Notes: a model not told the origin generated them from the letters alone. A stretch of DNA of 59,633 bases from a virus (IMGVR_UViG_3300003969_000012:1-59633), one strand, 5' to 3'. Numbered from the stretch's first letter, positions 45,420-55,347 are shown. A program made the numbers and translations.

Positions 45420-45539
45420 GTGGGAGCCATGTTGCAAAGGGTTGATTTATTCCATGTGAGCGGGCCTGAAGGCTGGCACTTTTGGAGGATTTCAGGCCTT
45501 TGCAACTGGCTCCCGGTTCAACCACTTGGGAGCAGCATC

Positions 45540-45755
45540 TTGGATCAAATCACTCTGGGGCTTTTGAATGCCTGCAAGGCCGCCTTGCCGCATTTCAACA
45601 ATCCCAAATCCCTCGTACGGCATCAGCTGCAGTCCGCGATTGCAATGGCTGAGTCAGGCCATGTACCCCGGCGCCCCTTGTCTGAAGTCCTGCAGCGTGA
45701 AGCAGCTGCAGTTGGTGCACCTTTGGACGCAGAGTCTTTGGAGCAGGCATCGTGA
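45540..45755 (+). CDS. First early-left protein, hypothetical
   Basis: TTG start after GGGAG (MDQITLGLLNACKAAL..). Confidence 0.5.
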   Translation: MDQITLGLLNACKAALPHFNNPKSLVRHQLQSAIAMAESGHVPRRPLSEVLQREAAAVGAPLDAESLEQAS

Positions 45756-45973
45756 GCGCACAGAACAACGGCGGACCGGCCTTTCCGACACTGGAAGAGC
45801 ACGGATTCAACCAAGGCATGCCCGGTATGTCTTTGCGCGATGCATTTGCGATTGCGGCGGTGCAGGCAGTTCCCATGCCACAAGACCAGTTGCATGACAT
45901 TGCTCCTGTCTATGACCGCATTGCACGTCACGCCTACAAGATGGCCGACTCAATGTTGGAGGCTCGCAAGTGA
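45752..45973 (+). CDS. Conserved small phage protein (GGPAFP..GMSLRD.FA..AY.MAD.ML family)
   Basis: NNGGPAFP, GMSLRDAFA, AYKMADSMLEAR. Confidence 0.8.
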   Translation: MSAQNNGGPAFPTLEEHGFNQGMPGMSLRDAFAIAAVQAVPMPQDQLHDIAPVYDRIARHAYKMADSMLEARK

Positions 45974-46185
45974 ACGCCAGTCTGCCCCCCACATTGGCCC
46001 GAGCCCTCGCTTGCATGGCCCCGCCCTCTTCCATCGTTCACCAGATCGTGAGCGAAGACCAGGCAAAGCGGATTGACGCTGCCATGCTGGCCGACAAGAA
46101 GCAGGACGGCTACGGCCGCCGCTTGGAAGCCAATGCCATGCGCCTGCAGTTGGCCGACAACGCTCGGCAAGGACACGCAGCATGA
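45970..46185 (+). CDS. Hypothetical protein
   Basis: 71 aa, GTGA-coupled. Confidence 0.55.
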   Translation: MNASLPPTLARALACMAPPSSIVHQIVSEDQAKRIDAAMLADKKQDGYGRRLEANAMRLQLADNARQGHAA

Positions 46186-46358
46186 ACGCGCGTGCCCTTC
46201 TGGTCCTTCAATGGATTCGGAACATGAACTCCGATGACCAATTCTCCGCAGGCTACACGGTGGGCTTCCTGCGCGCCATCGATTCTCAGATGGAAGCATG
46301 GGAGAGCGCATACCTGAACAACGTGCTGAGAGCACGTCAGCGAGGCATCACAGCATGA
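46182..46358 (+). CDS. 58-aa hypothetical protein (MNARALLVLQWIRNM..)
   Basis: Translated by hand; ATGA-coupled at both ends. Confidence 0.5.
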   Translation: MNARALLVLQWIRNMNSDDQFSAGYTVGFLRAIDSQMEAWESAYLNNVLRARQRGITA

Positions 46359-46732
46359 GCCTGTTCCCCTCACTGACCTACTTGCGCGAAGCCATGAACA
46401 CCGTCAAGGCGGGTCGTTTCGAGCTCGTGCGCGCCAGGTGGCTTGGACGCCCCTTCTCCACTGAAGTCGCGGGTATCCGTTATTCGTTCATCGACTACCG
46501 CGGCAAGGTCTATTTCGTAAAGAAAGAACCTGTCATTGAGCAACTTGAGGCCTGCCCCAAGAACTGCTCAAAGGCCGGTATGTGCCTCAGCAATGACTGT
46601 GAATGCCCATGTGCTGACGCCGATCGCGTGAGCACACCAGAAGAGCGAATCACCCTCGCTGTAGGCATCGGCTGCGCAGTCAGCTTTTTCATTCTGGCGA
46701 TTGTCTTCGCCGTCATGGGAGCCAATCAATGA
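46355..46732 (+). CDS. Hypothetical protein with Cys cluster and C-terminal TM
   Basis: MSLFPSLTYL..; CPKNCSKAGMCLSNDCECPC; hydrophobic C-terminus. Confidence 0.55.
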   Translation: MSLFPSLTYLREAMNTVKAGRFELVRARWLGRPFSTEVAGIRYSFIDYRGKVYFVKKEPVIEQLEACPKNCSKAGMCLSNDCECPCADADRVSTPEERITLAVGIGCAVSFFILAIVFAVMGANQ

Positions 46733-46854
46733 AGCTTTACATCGTCCGCATTCCGGGCTACCGGTTCACGGTGAGCGCCAGCAGCAGCTGGGATGCCATC
46801 ACTCAAGTGCAACGAGAGTTCATCGCTCCACGTATCAGCGCGAGGCCGGCATGA
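46729..46854 (+). CDS. 41-aa hypothetical protein (MKLYIVRIPGYRFTVSASSSWDAI..)
   Basis: Translated by hand; coupled at both ends. Confidence 0.5.
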   Translation: MKLYIVRIPGYRFTVSASSSWDAITQVQREFIAPRISARPA

Positions 46855-47072
46855 GCGCCAGCACCGCCCAATACAAATGCCAGAACTGCAAGGGCCTGTT
46901 CACCGCGCGAACAGCGGATCGCGCTCGCGGATGGGCTCGCTTCTGTTCGAAGTCCTGCAAGGCTATCAAGCAGGAAAGCCGAACCCACCAGCACCGCGAC
47001 TACTGGCATCGACGAGATCAGTCAGACAGTGGTCTGTGCTTTCCGTCACATGCCGAGGGAGACGTCCAATGA
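46851..47072 (+). CDS. Zn-finger protein
   Basis: CQNCKGLF.AR.ADR.RGWARFCSKSC. Confidence 0.65.
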   Translation: MSASTAQYKCQNCKGLFTARTADRARGWARFCSKSCKAIKQESRTHQHRDYWHRRDQSDSGLCFPSHAEGDVQ

Positions 47073-47188
47073 AGCGCTACCTCAAACGCCTACGCGAGCT
47101 GCGGTACCGAATTGCCAATTTCCGCTACTGGCGCGGCAAGGGACTCCCCATCCGCCGTGCCTGGACCAAAGCAGACCTGACCCTTTAA
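47069..47188 (+). CDS. 39-aa basic protein
   Basis: MKRYLKRLRELRYRIANFRYWRGKG..; ATGA-coupled. Confidence 0.45.
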   Translation: MKRYLKRLRELRYRIANFRYWRGKGLPIRRAWTKADLTL

Positions 47189-47219
47189 CCACCACCAAAC
47201 CACCAACTGAGGCAACAAG

Positions 47220-48281
47220 ATGAATAACGAAGTAGCAACCCAAAACAACTTCTCACCGGCAGTAATACCTCAAGGAATCGAGTCCGCGTCTAGCGCTGTA
47301 GCCGCCCAGGCAAAAGCCATGGTCGAGTCCCGCTACATCATGGCGATGCGCAACCCACGCAACTGGGATCAAGTGCGCTTGGACTTGATTAAGGAATGCC
47401 GACGCCCCTCCTTTGCGGACAACAAGAGCACCTACTACATCAAGCCTATCGGCGAAGGCGTTGAAGGCTTGGGTATTCGTTTCGTGGAAGTCGCCCTGCG
47501 CTGCATGAAGAACGTGCTGGTTGAAACCACCATGATCTTTGAAGATGAAATGAAGGAAGTGCACCGCGTCAGCGTCACAGACCTTGAAGCCAACATCACA
47601 TATCCATTGGACGTGCGTGTCAGCAAGACTGTGGAACGCAGCAAGCCCAATGCTGACGGCTCGTTCATCAGCGTTCGCAAGAACAGCAAGAACTACAACG
47701 TCTATACGCTGCTAGGTACTGATGACGACATCTTGAACAAGCGCGGCGCCCTGATTTCCAAGGCCATCCGCACCATCGGCCTGCGCATCATCCCAGGCGA
47801 CCTGTGCGATGAAGCCGAGCAGATCATCAAAGCCGTTCGCTTGGACAGTGCGGCTAAAGACCCCGATGCGGAGCGCCGCAAGATCGTTGATGCATTTGCT
47901 GAGATTGGCGTCAATGCCACCGACCTGACCAACTACCTAGGCCACGCAATTGCTCAGTGCGCTCCAGCTCAGATCGTGAAGTTGCGCGGCATCTACGGTG
48001 CCATCCGTGATGGTGAGTCCACATGGCAATCCGTGATGCAGAACAAGGCTGAACAGGCCGGAGCTGCAGCGGGTGCAGCCGGTGAAAAGCAACTTCCAGC
48101 GTGTAGCCAGGAGTCGTTCGACAAGAACAAGGCCGGCTGGATGAAGGTCATCAAGGACGGGAAAAAGACTGTCAATGACCTGATTGCCACGATTCAAACC
48201 AAGGAGCTGTTGTCCGACGAACAGCGCATGGAAATCGCGAGCTGGGCAACAGCCGTAAGCAATGAAGGAGCAGCACAATGA
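47220..48281 (+). CDS. Probable single-strand annealing recombinase
   Basis: 353 aa directly upstream of the YqaJ exonuclease; GAGG RBS; function inferred from position. Confidence 0.5.
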   Translation: MNNEVATQNNFSPAVIPQGIESASSAVAAQAKAMVESRYIMAMRNPRNWDQVRLDLIKECRRPSFADNKSTYYIKPIGEGVEGLGIRFVEVALRCMKNVLVETTMIFEDEMKEVHRVSVTDLEANITYPLDVRVSKTVERSKPNADGSFISVRKNSKNYNVYTLLGTDDDILNKRGALISKAIRTIGLRIIPGDLCDEAEQIIKAVRLDSAAKDPDAERRKIVDAFAEIGVNATDLTNYLGHAIAQCAPAQIVKLRGIYGAIRDGESTWQSVMQNKAEQAGAAAGAAGEKQLPACSQESFDKNKAGWMKVIKDGKKTVNDLIATIQTKELLSDEQRMEIASWATAVSNEGAAQ

Positions 48282-50182
48282 TCACCAGCAACGTAAAACA
48301 GGGTTCGTCGGCATGGCTGGAGCTGCGCCGCACACACGACACAGCATCCGAAGCCCCTGCAGCCTTGGGAGTCTCCAAGTACACAAGCCGCACTGCGCTG
48401 ATGCACCAAAAGTTCACCGGTGAAGTTGAGATCGTCGGTAGTGCAAAGCAGGCGGTATTTGATCTCGGCCATGAGGCGGAAGACTTAGCACGCCCCTTTG
48501 CCGACAAAATCATCGGGGCTGACCTTTACCCCACTACCGGCACGCTAGAAGTGGATGGTCTGAAGCTGCTGGCCAGCTTGGACGGCGCCACCATAGATGA
48601 AGAAATCATCTGGGAACACAAGCTCTGGAATGCCAGTCTTGCTGAAGATGTCCGTAACGGGACACTGGACCCACATTACACGGTCCAAATGGATCAGCAA
48701 CTTCGTGTCAGTGGCGCCAAGAAGTGCCTATTCATGGTGTCTGACGGTACTGAAGAGAACATGGTGTGGTGCTGGTATGTCACATCAGAGGAAAAGCAGT
48801 CCGCCCTAATCGCTGGCTGGAAGCAATTCAATGCTGACTTGGCACTCTATGTCCCACCCGAAGTAATCGTGCCTCCCGTGGCCGCTCCTCAAATGGGCCT
48901 GCCAGCCGTTGCCATCCAAGTGAATGGCTCCATCAAGCTGGTCGACAACCTAGACAAGTTCGGTGCTGCCCTGACCGCCTACGTTGAGCGCATCAATAAG
49001 AAGCCCGAGACGGATCAAGACTTTGCGGACTTGGAAGCCACCGTCAAGACGCTGAAGAATGCTGAGGAAGCCTTGGACGCCGCTGAATCCAGCGCCCTAG
49101 CCCAAACCGACAGCATTGACGCAATGCGCAAGACTGTGGCCCTGTACCGCGAGACTGCGCGCACAAACCGTCTGCTGGTTGAAAAGCTGGTCAAAGCCGA
49201 GAAGGAGAACCGCCGCACTTCCATCGTGAGCGAAGCAGCTGCCGAGCTGGTTACCCACGTCAAGAAGTTGAACGAGCGACTGGGCAAGCCCTACATGCCA
49301 TCCATTGCCGCCGATTTTCAAGGCGTTGTGAAGGGCCTGAAGAGCTTGGACAGCATGAAGGACAAAGTGTCCACTGAGCTGGCACGTTGCAAGATCGCTG
49401 CCAACGAGTCCGCGGACCGCATCCAAGCCAACCTGACCACACTGCGCGAACTGGCCAGCGAGCACACCTTCTTGTTCGCTGATACAGCCCAGCTGGTGCT
49501 CAAGGCCAATGATGACCTGACAGCTCTGGTCAAGTCTCGCATTGCCGATCAAAAGGCCGCTGAAGCCAAGCGCGAAGAAGAAACCCGCGAACGCATCCGC
49601 GCCGAAGAGCAAGCCAAGGCCGCGCGTGCCGTGCAAATTCAGAGCCGTATCGAAGCTTTCGCTGTGGCAGGTGAGCCCCTGGACGTGCGCACTGCAGACG
49701 AACTCGCTTCAATTATCCGCACGGTGTCTGCAACCGTGCTTTCAGCCGACCTGCTGGATGATCGTGTTGCAGATGCACAAGCCGCCAAAGATGCGGCACT
49801 GAAGCGCCTCAATGATGCGTTCTATGCAGCTTCTCAGAAGGCCAATGCCGCTGCAGCCGAGGCGCGTGCCGCCGAACCTGCGCCACTGGTAGCGCCGGCA
49901 GTACCAAACGTCACCCATGAAGCCGTGGTCAGTTTGATGCCCGCCACCGTGCGCCAGGCCATGGCACCCAAGCCTATTGGTGAACCCACTCTGAAGGTGG
50001 GCGAGATCAGCGAAAGGTTGGGATTCATTCTCACAGCTGATTTTCTAAAAACACTCGGATTTGAACCAACAACAGTTCGGGCCGCGAAGCTATTTCACGA
50101 CGAAGACTTTCCTGCAATTTGCAATGCGCTTATTGCACACATCAACGATGTCGCTGATCAGTACATCGAGGCGCTGGCATGA
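48278..50182 (+). CDS. YqaJ-like (lambda exonuclease family) protein with long coiled-coil C-terminus
   Basis: QGSSAWLELR...TASEA..LG.SKY; GHEAE..AR; ASLDG....IWEHK; Y..QM..QL.VSGA. Confidence 0.85.
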   Translation: MITSNVKQGSSAWLELRRTHDTASEAPAALGVSKYTSRTALMHQKFTGEVEIVGSAKQAVFDLGHEAEDLARPFADKIIGADLYPTTGTLEVDGLKLLASLDGATIDEEIIWEHKLWNASLAEDVRNGTLDPHYTVQMDQQLRVSGAKKCLFMVSDGTEENMVWCWYVTSEEKQSALIAGWKQFNADLALYVPPEVIVPPVAAPQMGLPAVAIQVNGSIKLVDNLDKFGAALTAYVERINKKPETDQDFADLEATVKTLKNAEEALDAAESSALAQTDSIDAMRKTVALYRETARTNRLLVEKLVKAEKENRRTSIVSEAAAELVTHVKKLNERLGKPYMPSIAADFQGVVKGLKSLDSMKDKVSTELARCKIAANESADRIQANLTTLRELASEHTFLFADTAQLVLKANDDLTALVKSRIADQKAAEAKREEETRERIRAEEQAKAARAVQIQSRIEAFAVAGEPLDVRTADELASIIRTVSATVLSADLLDDRVADAQAAKDAALKRLNDAFYAASQKANAAAAEARAAEPAPLVAPAVPNVTHEAVVSLMPATVRQAMAPKPIGEPTLKVGEISERLGFILTADFLKTLGFEPTTVRAAKLFHDEDFPAICNALIAHINDVADQYIEALA

Positions 50183-50691
50183 GCAATCAAGCATTGAATT
50201 CGTTACCAGAGGTCTCAAGGTTGCAGGCACTTCTTTGGTATGACTCAATCGGCGGCCAATTGATCCGACGAGTTTCTGCTGGTAGATGGGGACGAATTCC
50301 GGCAGGAGCGATTGCTGGAGTGATGCGCGCCGACGGCTACCTACTGGTACAGGTCGATGGCATCAAGCTCTTGGCGCATCGAGTCGCCTTCGCAATAGCG
50401 AACGGTCAATGGCCTGTTGGCCAAATTGACCACATTGATGGCAATCGATCTAACAACCGACTACTGAACCTCAGAGACGTTGAGCCAGCAACCAATTGCG
50501 AGAACCAGCGTTACGCGAGGGGCAGCACAAAAAGCGGAATTTTGGGCGTGCGCCCAATGCGAGGCCGCTGGGCTTCATCAATAAAAGTTCGTGGTGTCCG
50601 CCACCACCTTGGAACCTTTGACACACCTGAACTAGCGAGTGCCGCCTACCTCGCAGCTAAGCGCGAATTGCACCTAGGCAACACCCTTTGA
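50179..50691 (+). CDS. HNH homing endonuclease with AP2-like domain
   Basis: LAHRVAF...G.WP..QIDHIDGNRSNNR..NLR; SGILGV..RWASSI....HLGTFDTPELA..AY. Confidence 0.85.
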   Translation: MSNQALNSLPEVSRLQALLWYDSIGGQLIRRVSAGRWGRIPAGAIAGVMRADGYLLVQVDGIKLLAHRVAFAIANGQWPVGQIDHIDGNRSNNRLLNLRDVEPATNCENQRYARGSTKSGILGVRPMRGRWASSIKVRGVRHHLGTFDTPELASAAYLAAKRELHLGNTL

Positions 50692-50714
50692 CAGCCCACC
50701 CATCGGAGATCACC

Positions 50715-51071
50715 ATGACCAAGACATTTACACCACCTCAACCCTACAGCGATGAACCACGCCCAGCCATCGCACTGACACCAGTCGTCAGTAACCAAGT
50801 GGCAGCAATTGGCTACGACGAAGCCAGTCAAACGCTGGCTGTCACTTTCACCCGTGGCCAGGGTGCGATCTACCACTACCCCAACGTCAGCAAAGAAACC
50901 TGTGAGGCCTTTGTGACCGCCGAGTCCATCGGCAAGTACTTCGGCCAGCACATCAAGAACCTGCCCTTCATCAAGTACCCGGCCGAGCCAGTGCCCGAGT
51001 CCGAGGAAGGCCCACAAAGCGATGTCGCTGCTGCTACCGGTGGCTTGGCTCAAACGGCTGTTGAAGCCTGA
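50715..51071 (+). CDS. KTSC domain protein
   Basis: VVSNQVAAIGYD...QTLAV.F......YHYPNV........AESIGKYF..HIK. Confidence 0.85.
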   Translation: MTKTFTPPQPYSDEPRPAIALTPVVSNQVAAIGYDEASQTLAVTFTRGQGAIYHYPNVSKETCEAFVTAESIGKYFGQHIKNLPFIKYPAEPVPESEEGPQSDVAAATGGLAQTAVEA

Positions 51072-51102
51072 ACCCGTTCCCCACTCCCGAAAGACAAACA
51101 AC

Positions 51103-51801
51103 ATGAGCCAAATCAAACAAGGCAAGTTCGAGTTCCCCAACGCTATCAGCGTTCAGATGCTCAACGTCAATCCCCGCAAGGAACTGCATGGCGAAGAGCA
51201 TGTGCAAGCAGTGGACCTAAGCTTCAAAGCTGACTTCCCCAACACGGTGTTGGATGAAATCTTCTGCCCAGGTCTGCGTGAAGCCTTCTACTTCAATGCT
51301 GCCGGCGATGCTGGCCAAGAGCGTATCGAAGGCCTGCCAGAGACTCTGCCTAACCTGCGTTTCTCCAAGCTGAATGGTCAGCGCTACACATGGGGCGGCA
51401 AAGACAAGTTGGTCGGATACGTGCTGCGCTTGGAATATGGCTTGGGCGACTCCATCAGCAATATCGAATTGGAGCTGTGCAAGGTCTCAGGCCGTGTGTT
51501 TGAAGTCAAGGAAGGCGGCACCGTTACCGTTTACTGGAAAGTCCAGAACGCCAGCGATCGCCTAGACATGGAGACATGCGGAAAGCTGGTGCTGCTGGCC
51601 GGTGATGAAGTCACCATGAGCTTGGTAGCACCTACCGTCTACCAAGAAGAGACCGTCAAGGACATCGAGAACCCCTTCATTGATCCAGACCCTAAGCCGT
51701 TGGAAGGCCAAGCGGGTGATGGAAGTGAAGCCCAGACCGGATGGCCATTCCCACAGACGCCTGAAGAGGCATTGGCCGGCGCTGCTGCGGACGCTGAGTA
51801 A
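51103..51801 (+). CDS. Hypothetical protein
   Basis: NVNPRKELHGEE...AVDL; acidic tail ending WPFP. Confidence 0.65.
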   Translation: MSQIKQGKFEFPNAISVQMLNVNPRKELHGEEHVQAVDLSFKADFPNTVLDEIFCPGLREAFYFNAAGDAGQERIEGLPETLPNLRFSKLNGQRYTWGGKDKLVGYVLRLEYGLGDSISNIELELCKVSGRVFEVKEGGTVTVYWKVQNASDRLDMETCGKLVLLAGDEVTMSLVAPTVYQEETVKDIENPFIDPDPKPLEGQAGDGSEAQTGWPFPQTPEEALAGAAADAE

Positions 51802-51804
51802 GCA

Positions 51805-51981
51805 ATGACACGGACGCCTGAGGCAGAGATGCTGCGATTCACTGCCCGGGTGTTCCTCAACGAAGCCCGCCGCCGCGGCCGTAACTCCACATTTGCCAAG
51901 ACCTTGATTCAGTGGGCACGCAATGCCCGTCGCCGTTCCTTGTCTCTGGTGCTGAAACCCAAACAAAAAGAGCTTTTCTGA
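51805..51981 (+). CDS. 58-aa hypothetical protein (MTRTPEAEMLRFTARVFLNEARRR..QKELF)
   Basis: Translated by hand; TGATG-coupled to the methyltransferase. Confidence 0.55.
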   Translation: MTRTPEAEMLRFTARVFLNEARRRGRNSTFAKTLIQWARNARRRSLSLVLKPKQKELF

Positions 51982-53792
51982 TGACAACAAAAGAAATCCT
52001 GCATGGCCACCTCTTCTGTGGCATCGGCGCCGGAGCCGCCGGCTTCAACAAGGCAAAACCCAGCGTGGGAACTATGCAAGGTGTCTTCCGCTGCGTGGGC
52101 GGCATTGACGTCGACCACGAAGCCATTGCCGACTTTGGCCGCCTCACCGGTTCTCCAGGCACTGTGCTGGACCTGTTTGACCGCAGCCAGTACATCGACT
52201 TCCATGGCCGCGAACCTGCAGCTGACTGGCGCGAAGCTGGCACGGCCGAGATCCACAAAGCCTTCGGCTATGAGCGCCCCCACATCGTGTTCCTGTCGGC
52301 ACCTTGCAAGGGTTTCAGCGGTCTGCTGTCCCAGGCCAAAAGCCTGACGAACAAATACCAGGCGCTTAACCGTCTCACCCTGCGCGGCGTCTGGCTGACG
52401 TTGGAGGCCTACAAAGACGATCCCGTGGAGATGGTGCTGTTTGAGAACGTGCCCCGCATTGCCACGCGCGGCCGGTACCTGCTGGACCAAATCTGCAGCT
52501 TGTTGCGCAGCTACGGCTATGCCGTGGCTGAAACCACTCATGACTGCGGCGAGATTGGTGGCTTGGCCCAGAGCCGGAAGCGCTTCCTGTTGGTTGCCCG
52601 TCACCAGGACAAGGTGCCTCCATTCCTATACGAACCAGCAAAGAAACCATTGCGCGCTGTCGGTGACGTACTGTCCCGCCTGCCAATGCCCGGCGCAACG
52701 CTTGGTGGCCCTATGCATCGTATCCCTGCCCTGCAGTGGAAAACATGGGTACGGCTGGCCTTTGTTGAAGCTGGCAGCGACTGGCGCAGCTTGAACAAGC
52801 TGGCTGTAGAGGACGGCCAGCTGCGGGACTACTTGCTGGTGCCGGAAATGCGCGGCGGCCTGCTGGGTGTGAACCAGTGGGATGAATCCATGGGCACTGT
52901 GACCAGCCGTGGACTGCCCACCAATGGCAACTTCTCCATCGCGGACCCACGCTTTGACCCGTCAGCCAAATGGATGGACGGCCAAGCCTATGGCGTCCGG
53001 AAGTGGGAAGAAAACACCGGCGCAATCGCGGGCCAGCAAAGCCCCGGGCAAGGCGCCTACAGCGTGGCGGACCCACGCCATGCGGGCCCCGCCAAGCACT
53101 CCAACGAATTCCGCATTGTCCATTGGGACCGTTCCGCTCAGGCTGTCACCAGCGCCCACGGTACCGGACAAGCTGTTGCGGATCCGCGCAAATGCGGAGA
53201 GTCGTTTGGCAAATATGCAGTGACAGACTTTGCTGAGCCGGCCGGCACCGTCATCAGTGGCAGCACCACAGGCCAAGGCGCCGTCGCTGTAGCAGACCCC
53301 CGTCCCAACCTGAAGCGCGGTAAAGGTGACCACTACCTGACCGGCGGCCACTACGGTGTTGTTGGCTGGGACCAGACCAGCTACGCGGTGGCCAGCGCTG
53401 CAAATCTGGACAACGGCCACTGGAGCCTTGCAGACCCACGCCCCATGCCTGCTGCCGACGAGAAGCTGGTGTGCCGCATCACAGCCCTGGACAACACCTG
53501 GCACCGGCCGTTCACCACGCTGGAGCTGGCCGCCCTGCAATCGCTGTTCGATCCTGAGGACTGGTTTAGCCCTGAAGGCGGCTTCTTCACCCTGGCCGGC
53601 AACAGTGACCAACGCTGGCGCGAAGGCATCGGCAACGCTGTGCCCAGCGATACCGCCACGGGCATTGCCGAAGTCATGGGCGAAACCCTTTTGTTAGCTT
53701 GGACAGGTGAGACGTTCCAGCTATCTATGAAGCCCATCTGGGTACAACCTTTCGCTGTAGCCATCAGCGTGCAACAAGGAGCAATGGCATGA
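51981..53792 (+). CDS. C5-cytosine DNA methyltransferase with repeated xADPR segments
   Basis: HLFCGIGAG (I), SAPCKGFS (IV), FENVP (VI), QSRKR (VIII), IGNAVP (X). Confidence 0.9.
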   Translation: MTTKEILHGHLFCGIGAGAAGFNKAKPSVGTMQGVFRCVGGIDVDHEAIADFGRLTGSPGTVLDLFDRSQYIDFHGREPAADWREAGTAEIHKAFGYERPHIVFLSAPCKGFSGLLSQAKSLTNKYQALNRLTLRGVWLTLEAYKDDPVEMVLFENVPRIATRGRYLLDQICSLLRSYGYAVAETTHDCGEIGGLAQSRKRFLLVARHQDKVPPFLYEPAKKPLRAVGDVLSRLPMPGATLGGPMHRIPALQWKTWVRLAFVEAGSDWRSLNKLAVEDGQLRDYLLVPEMRGGLLGVNQWDESMGTVTSRGLPTNGNFSIADPRFDPSAKWMDGQAYGVRKWEENTGAIAGQQSPGQGAYSVADPRHAGPAKHSNEFRIVHWDRSAQAVTSAHGTGQAVADPRKCGESFGKYAVTDFAEPAGTVISGSTTGQGAVAVADPRPNLKRGKGDHYLTGGHYGVVGWDQTSYAVASAANLDNGHWSLADPRPMPAADEKLVCRITALDNTWHRPFTTLELAALQSLFDPEDWFSPEGGFFTLAGNSDQRWREGIGNAVPSDTATGIAEVMGETLLLAWTGETFQLSMKPIWVQPFAVAISVQQGAMA

Positions 53793-54475
53793 CCCAATAC
53801 ACCAAATGGAACCAAGAGCAGATCACGAAGCTGCGCGGTTTGATCGAAGGTGGAGCCACCTACGAAAAGGCAGCTACAGCACTGGGTATCTCAGACACCA
53901 GTGTGTACAAGGCCTGCAAGAAGTTTGCTATCAGCCAACCCAAAAAAGAAAGCTCCGTAAGCCGCATTTTGGAACTCTGTGTCAGTCCCAAAGGCATGAG
54001 CTCCGTGGAGCTCTCCAAAGCGATCGGTACAGGACGTTTCCAAGTCAACAAGCATTTGAAGTCTCTGACTGATGCTGGCAAGCTGCACAGGGCGGGAATC
54101 TGCAACTTCTTCCGCTACTTCACGACGGCAGAGGCTGCTAGCGCGCATGACGCCGAGATTGAACGCGAGCGCATGCGAAAACTCGAAGCTCGACGCGAAA
54201 GAGAAAAAAACAATGCTCCCCTGCTAAGCCAACGGCGAAGCGAGCAGCGAAAGCGGCGGGCCGAGTTGGCGAAGCAGGCAAAGGCGGCTATGCCCATTGC
54301 GGAACCCAAACCAATGATCAAGTCACCGGAACCGGTGATTGCATGGAATGGCAATGTGAAAGTGGTGACTATCCCTACCCCACCTGGGCGCTTCGACTTT
54401 ACGCCGCCAGAGGGATGGCGCGGACAGATCACACACGACTGGATGAATCGCCGGTCGCAGGGAGCAGGCGCATGA
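53789..54475 (+). CDS. HTH-containing hypothetical protein
   Basis: WNQEQITKLR..GATYEKAATALGIS; second wHTH-like SSVELSKAIG....VNKHLKSL..AGKL. Confidence 0.6.
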   Translation: MTQYTKWNQEQITKLRGLIEGGATYEKAATALGISDTSVYKACKKFAISQPKKESSVSRILELCVSPKGMSSVELSKAIGTGRFQVNKHLKSLTDAGKLHRAGICNFFRYFTTAEAASAHDAEIERERMRKLEARREREKNNAPLLSQRRSEQRKRRAELAKQAKAAMPIAEPKPMIKSPEPVIAWNGNVKVVTIPTPPGRFDFTPPEGWRGQITHDWMNRRSQGAGA

Positions 54476-55347
54476 CACATATCTCAAAAATCATGCCGGT
54501 AGAGCCGTGCGGCCATGTGCGCAAGTGCATGGCGAGCCCACAAAGCTACATGGACCGACTGCCATCCTACGGATCGAAAACTATCGCCCGGGCTGCCGCA
54601 TTGGCTTTGAGCGAGTTGGAAGCAGCACGTGCCAAAGACATCGCATTACATGAAGCAAATCATCCAGCATTGGAGAACAACAAGGCCATAGCCGCCCAGA
54701 TCGTGGCCCTGAATGAAGCCATCGGCATGCCCAAACGCTGGTCCGAGCGAGACCGCAATTCACGCGCACGCTATCCAAAGACCATTGGGCACGATGCCGG
54801 CTATCTGACAGACATCGCCCGCGAAGTCAAAACCACTGATGACTTCGATTTCGCCACCCATACCTACAACCAGCTGAAGGCCCGTTACGACGAGTATGCG
54901 GAGTCTGGAAAGCGGGAAGCGGAGCAGCTGGAGCGCAAGCGGGAGGCAGAGAAGCAGGCCGTGATCGACAAGCGCAAAGCTGACATGGAGCTGGCCAGCA
55001 TGTTGCTGCGCTATGAATTAACGCTTGAATCGTCGTGGGACGACGTGCTGGAGCACCTGCGCGCGAAGAACCAGCGACTTGACCTGGCCATTGCTATGCA
55101 GCAAACCCGTGGTGATTGGTCTGAAGGCGCCTACCGTGTGAGCGCCGCACTCGGCCGGTTCCAGATCGAAACCACTGAGGACAAGGACATCGCCAACGAT
55201 GTGCTGAGCTGCATGGAAGACTTCTGCGACGGCCGCGTGTTCCGTGACACCACGTGGAACTATGACCGCCTGTTTGCCAGCGTTGAAGATGACCAGCTAC
55301 GCACTGACTGCCAGCGGGCAGCGCAAATGAGTGGGAGCGAATCGTGA
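54472..55347 (+). CDS. Hypothetical protein
   Basis: ATG at 54472 after GGAG; C-terminal DGRVFRDTTWNY. Confidence 0.6.
   Translation: MTHISKIMPVEPCGHVRKCMASPQSYMDRLPSYGSKTIARAAALALSELEAARAKDIALHEANHPALENNKAIAAQIVALNEAIGMPKRWSERDRNSRARYPKTIGHDAGYLTDIAREVKTTDDFDFATHTYNQLKARYDEYAESGKREAEQLERKREAEKQAVIDKRKADMELASMLLRYELTLESSWDDVLEHLRAKNQRLDLAIAMQQTRGDWSEGAYRVSAALGRFQIETTEDKDIANDVLSCMEDFCDGRVFRDTTWNYDRLFASVEDDQLRTDCQRAAQMSGSES

Noticed and set aside
45321-45539. N-terminal extension of the first early-left ORF given in the ORF track
   Set aside because: Overlaps strongly base-paired leader domains; a better start (TTG 45540 after GGGAG) exists
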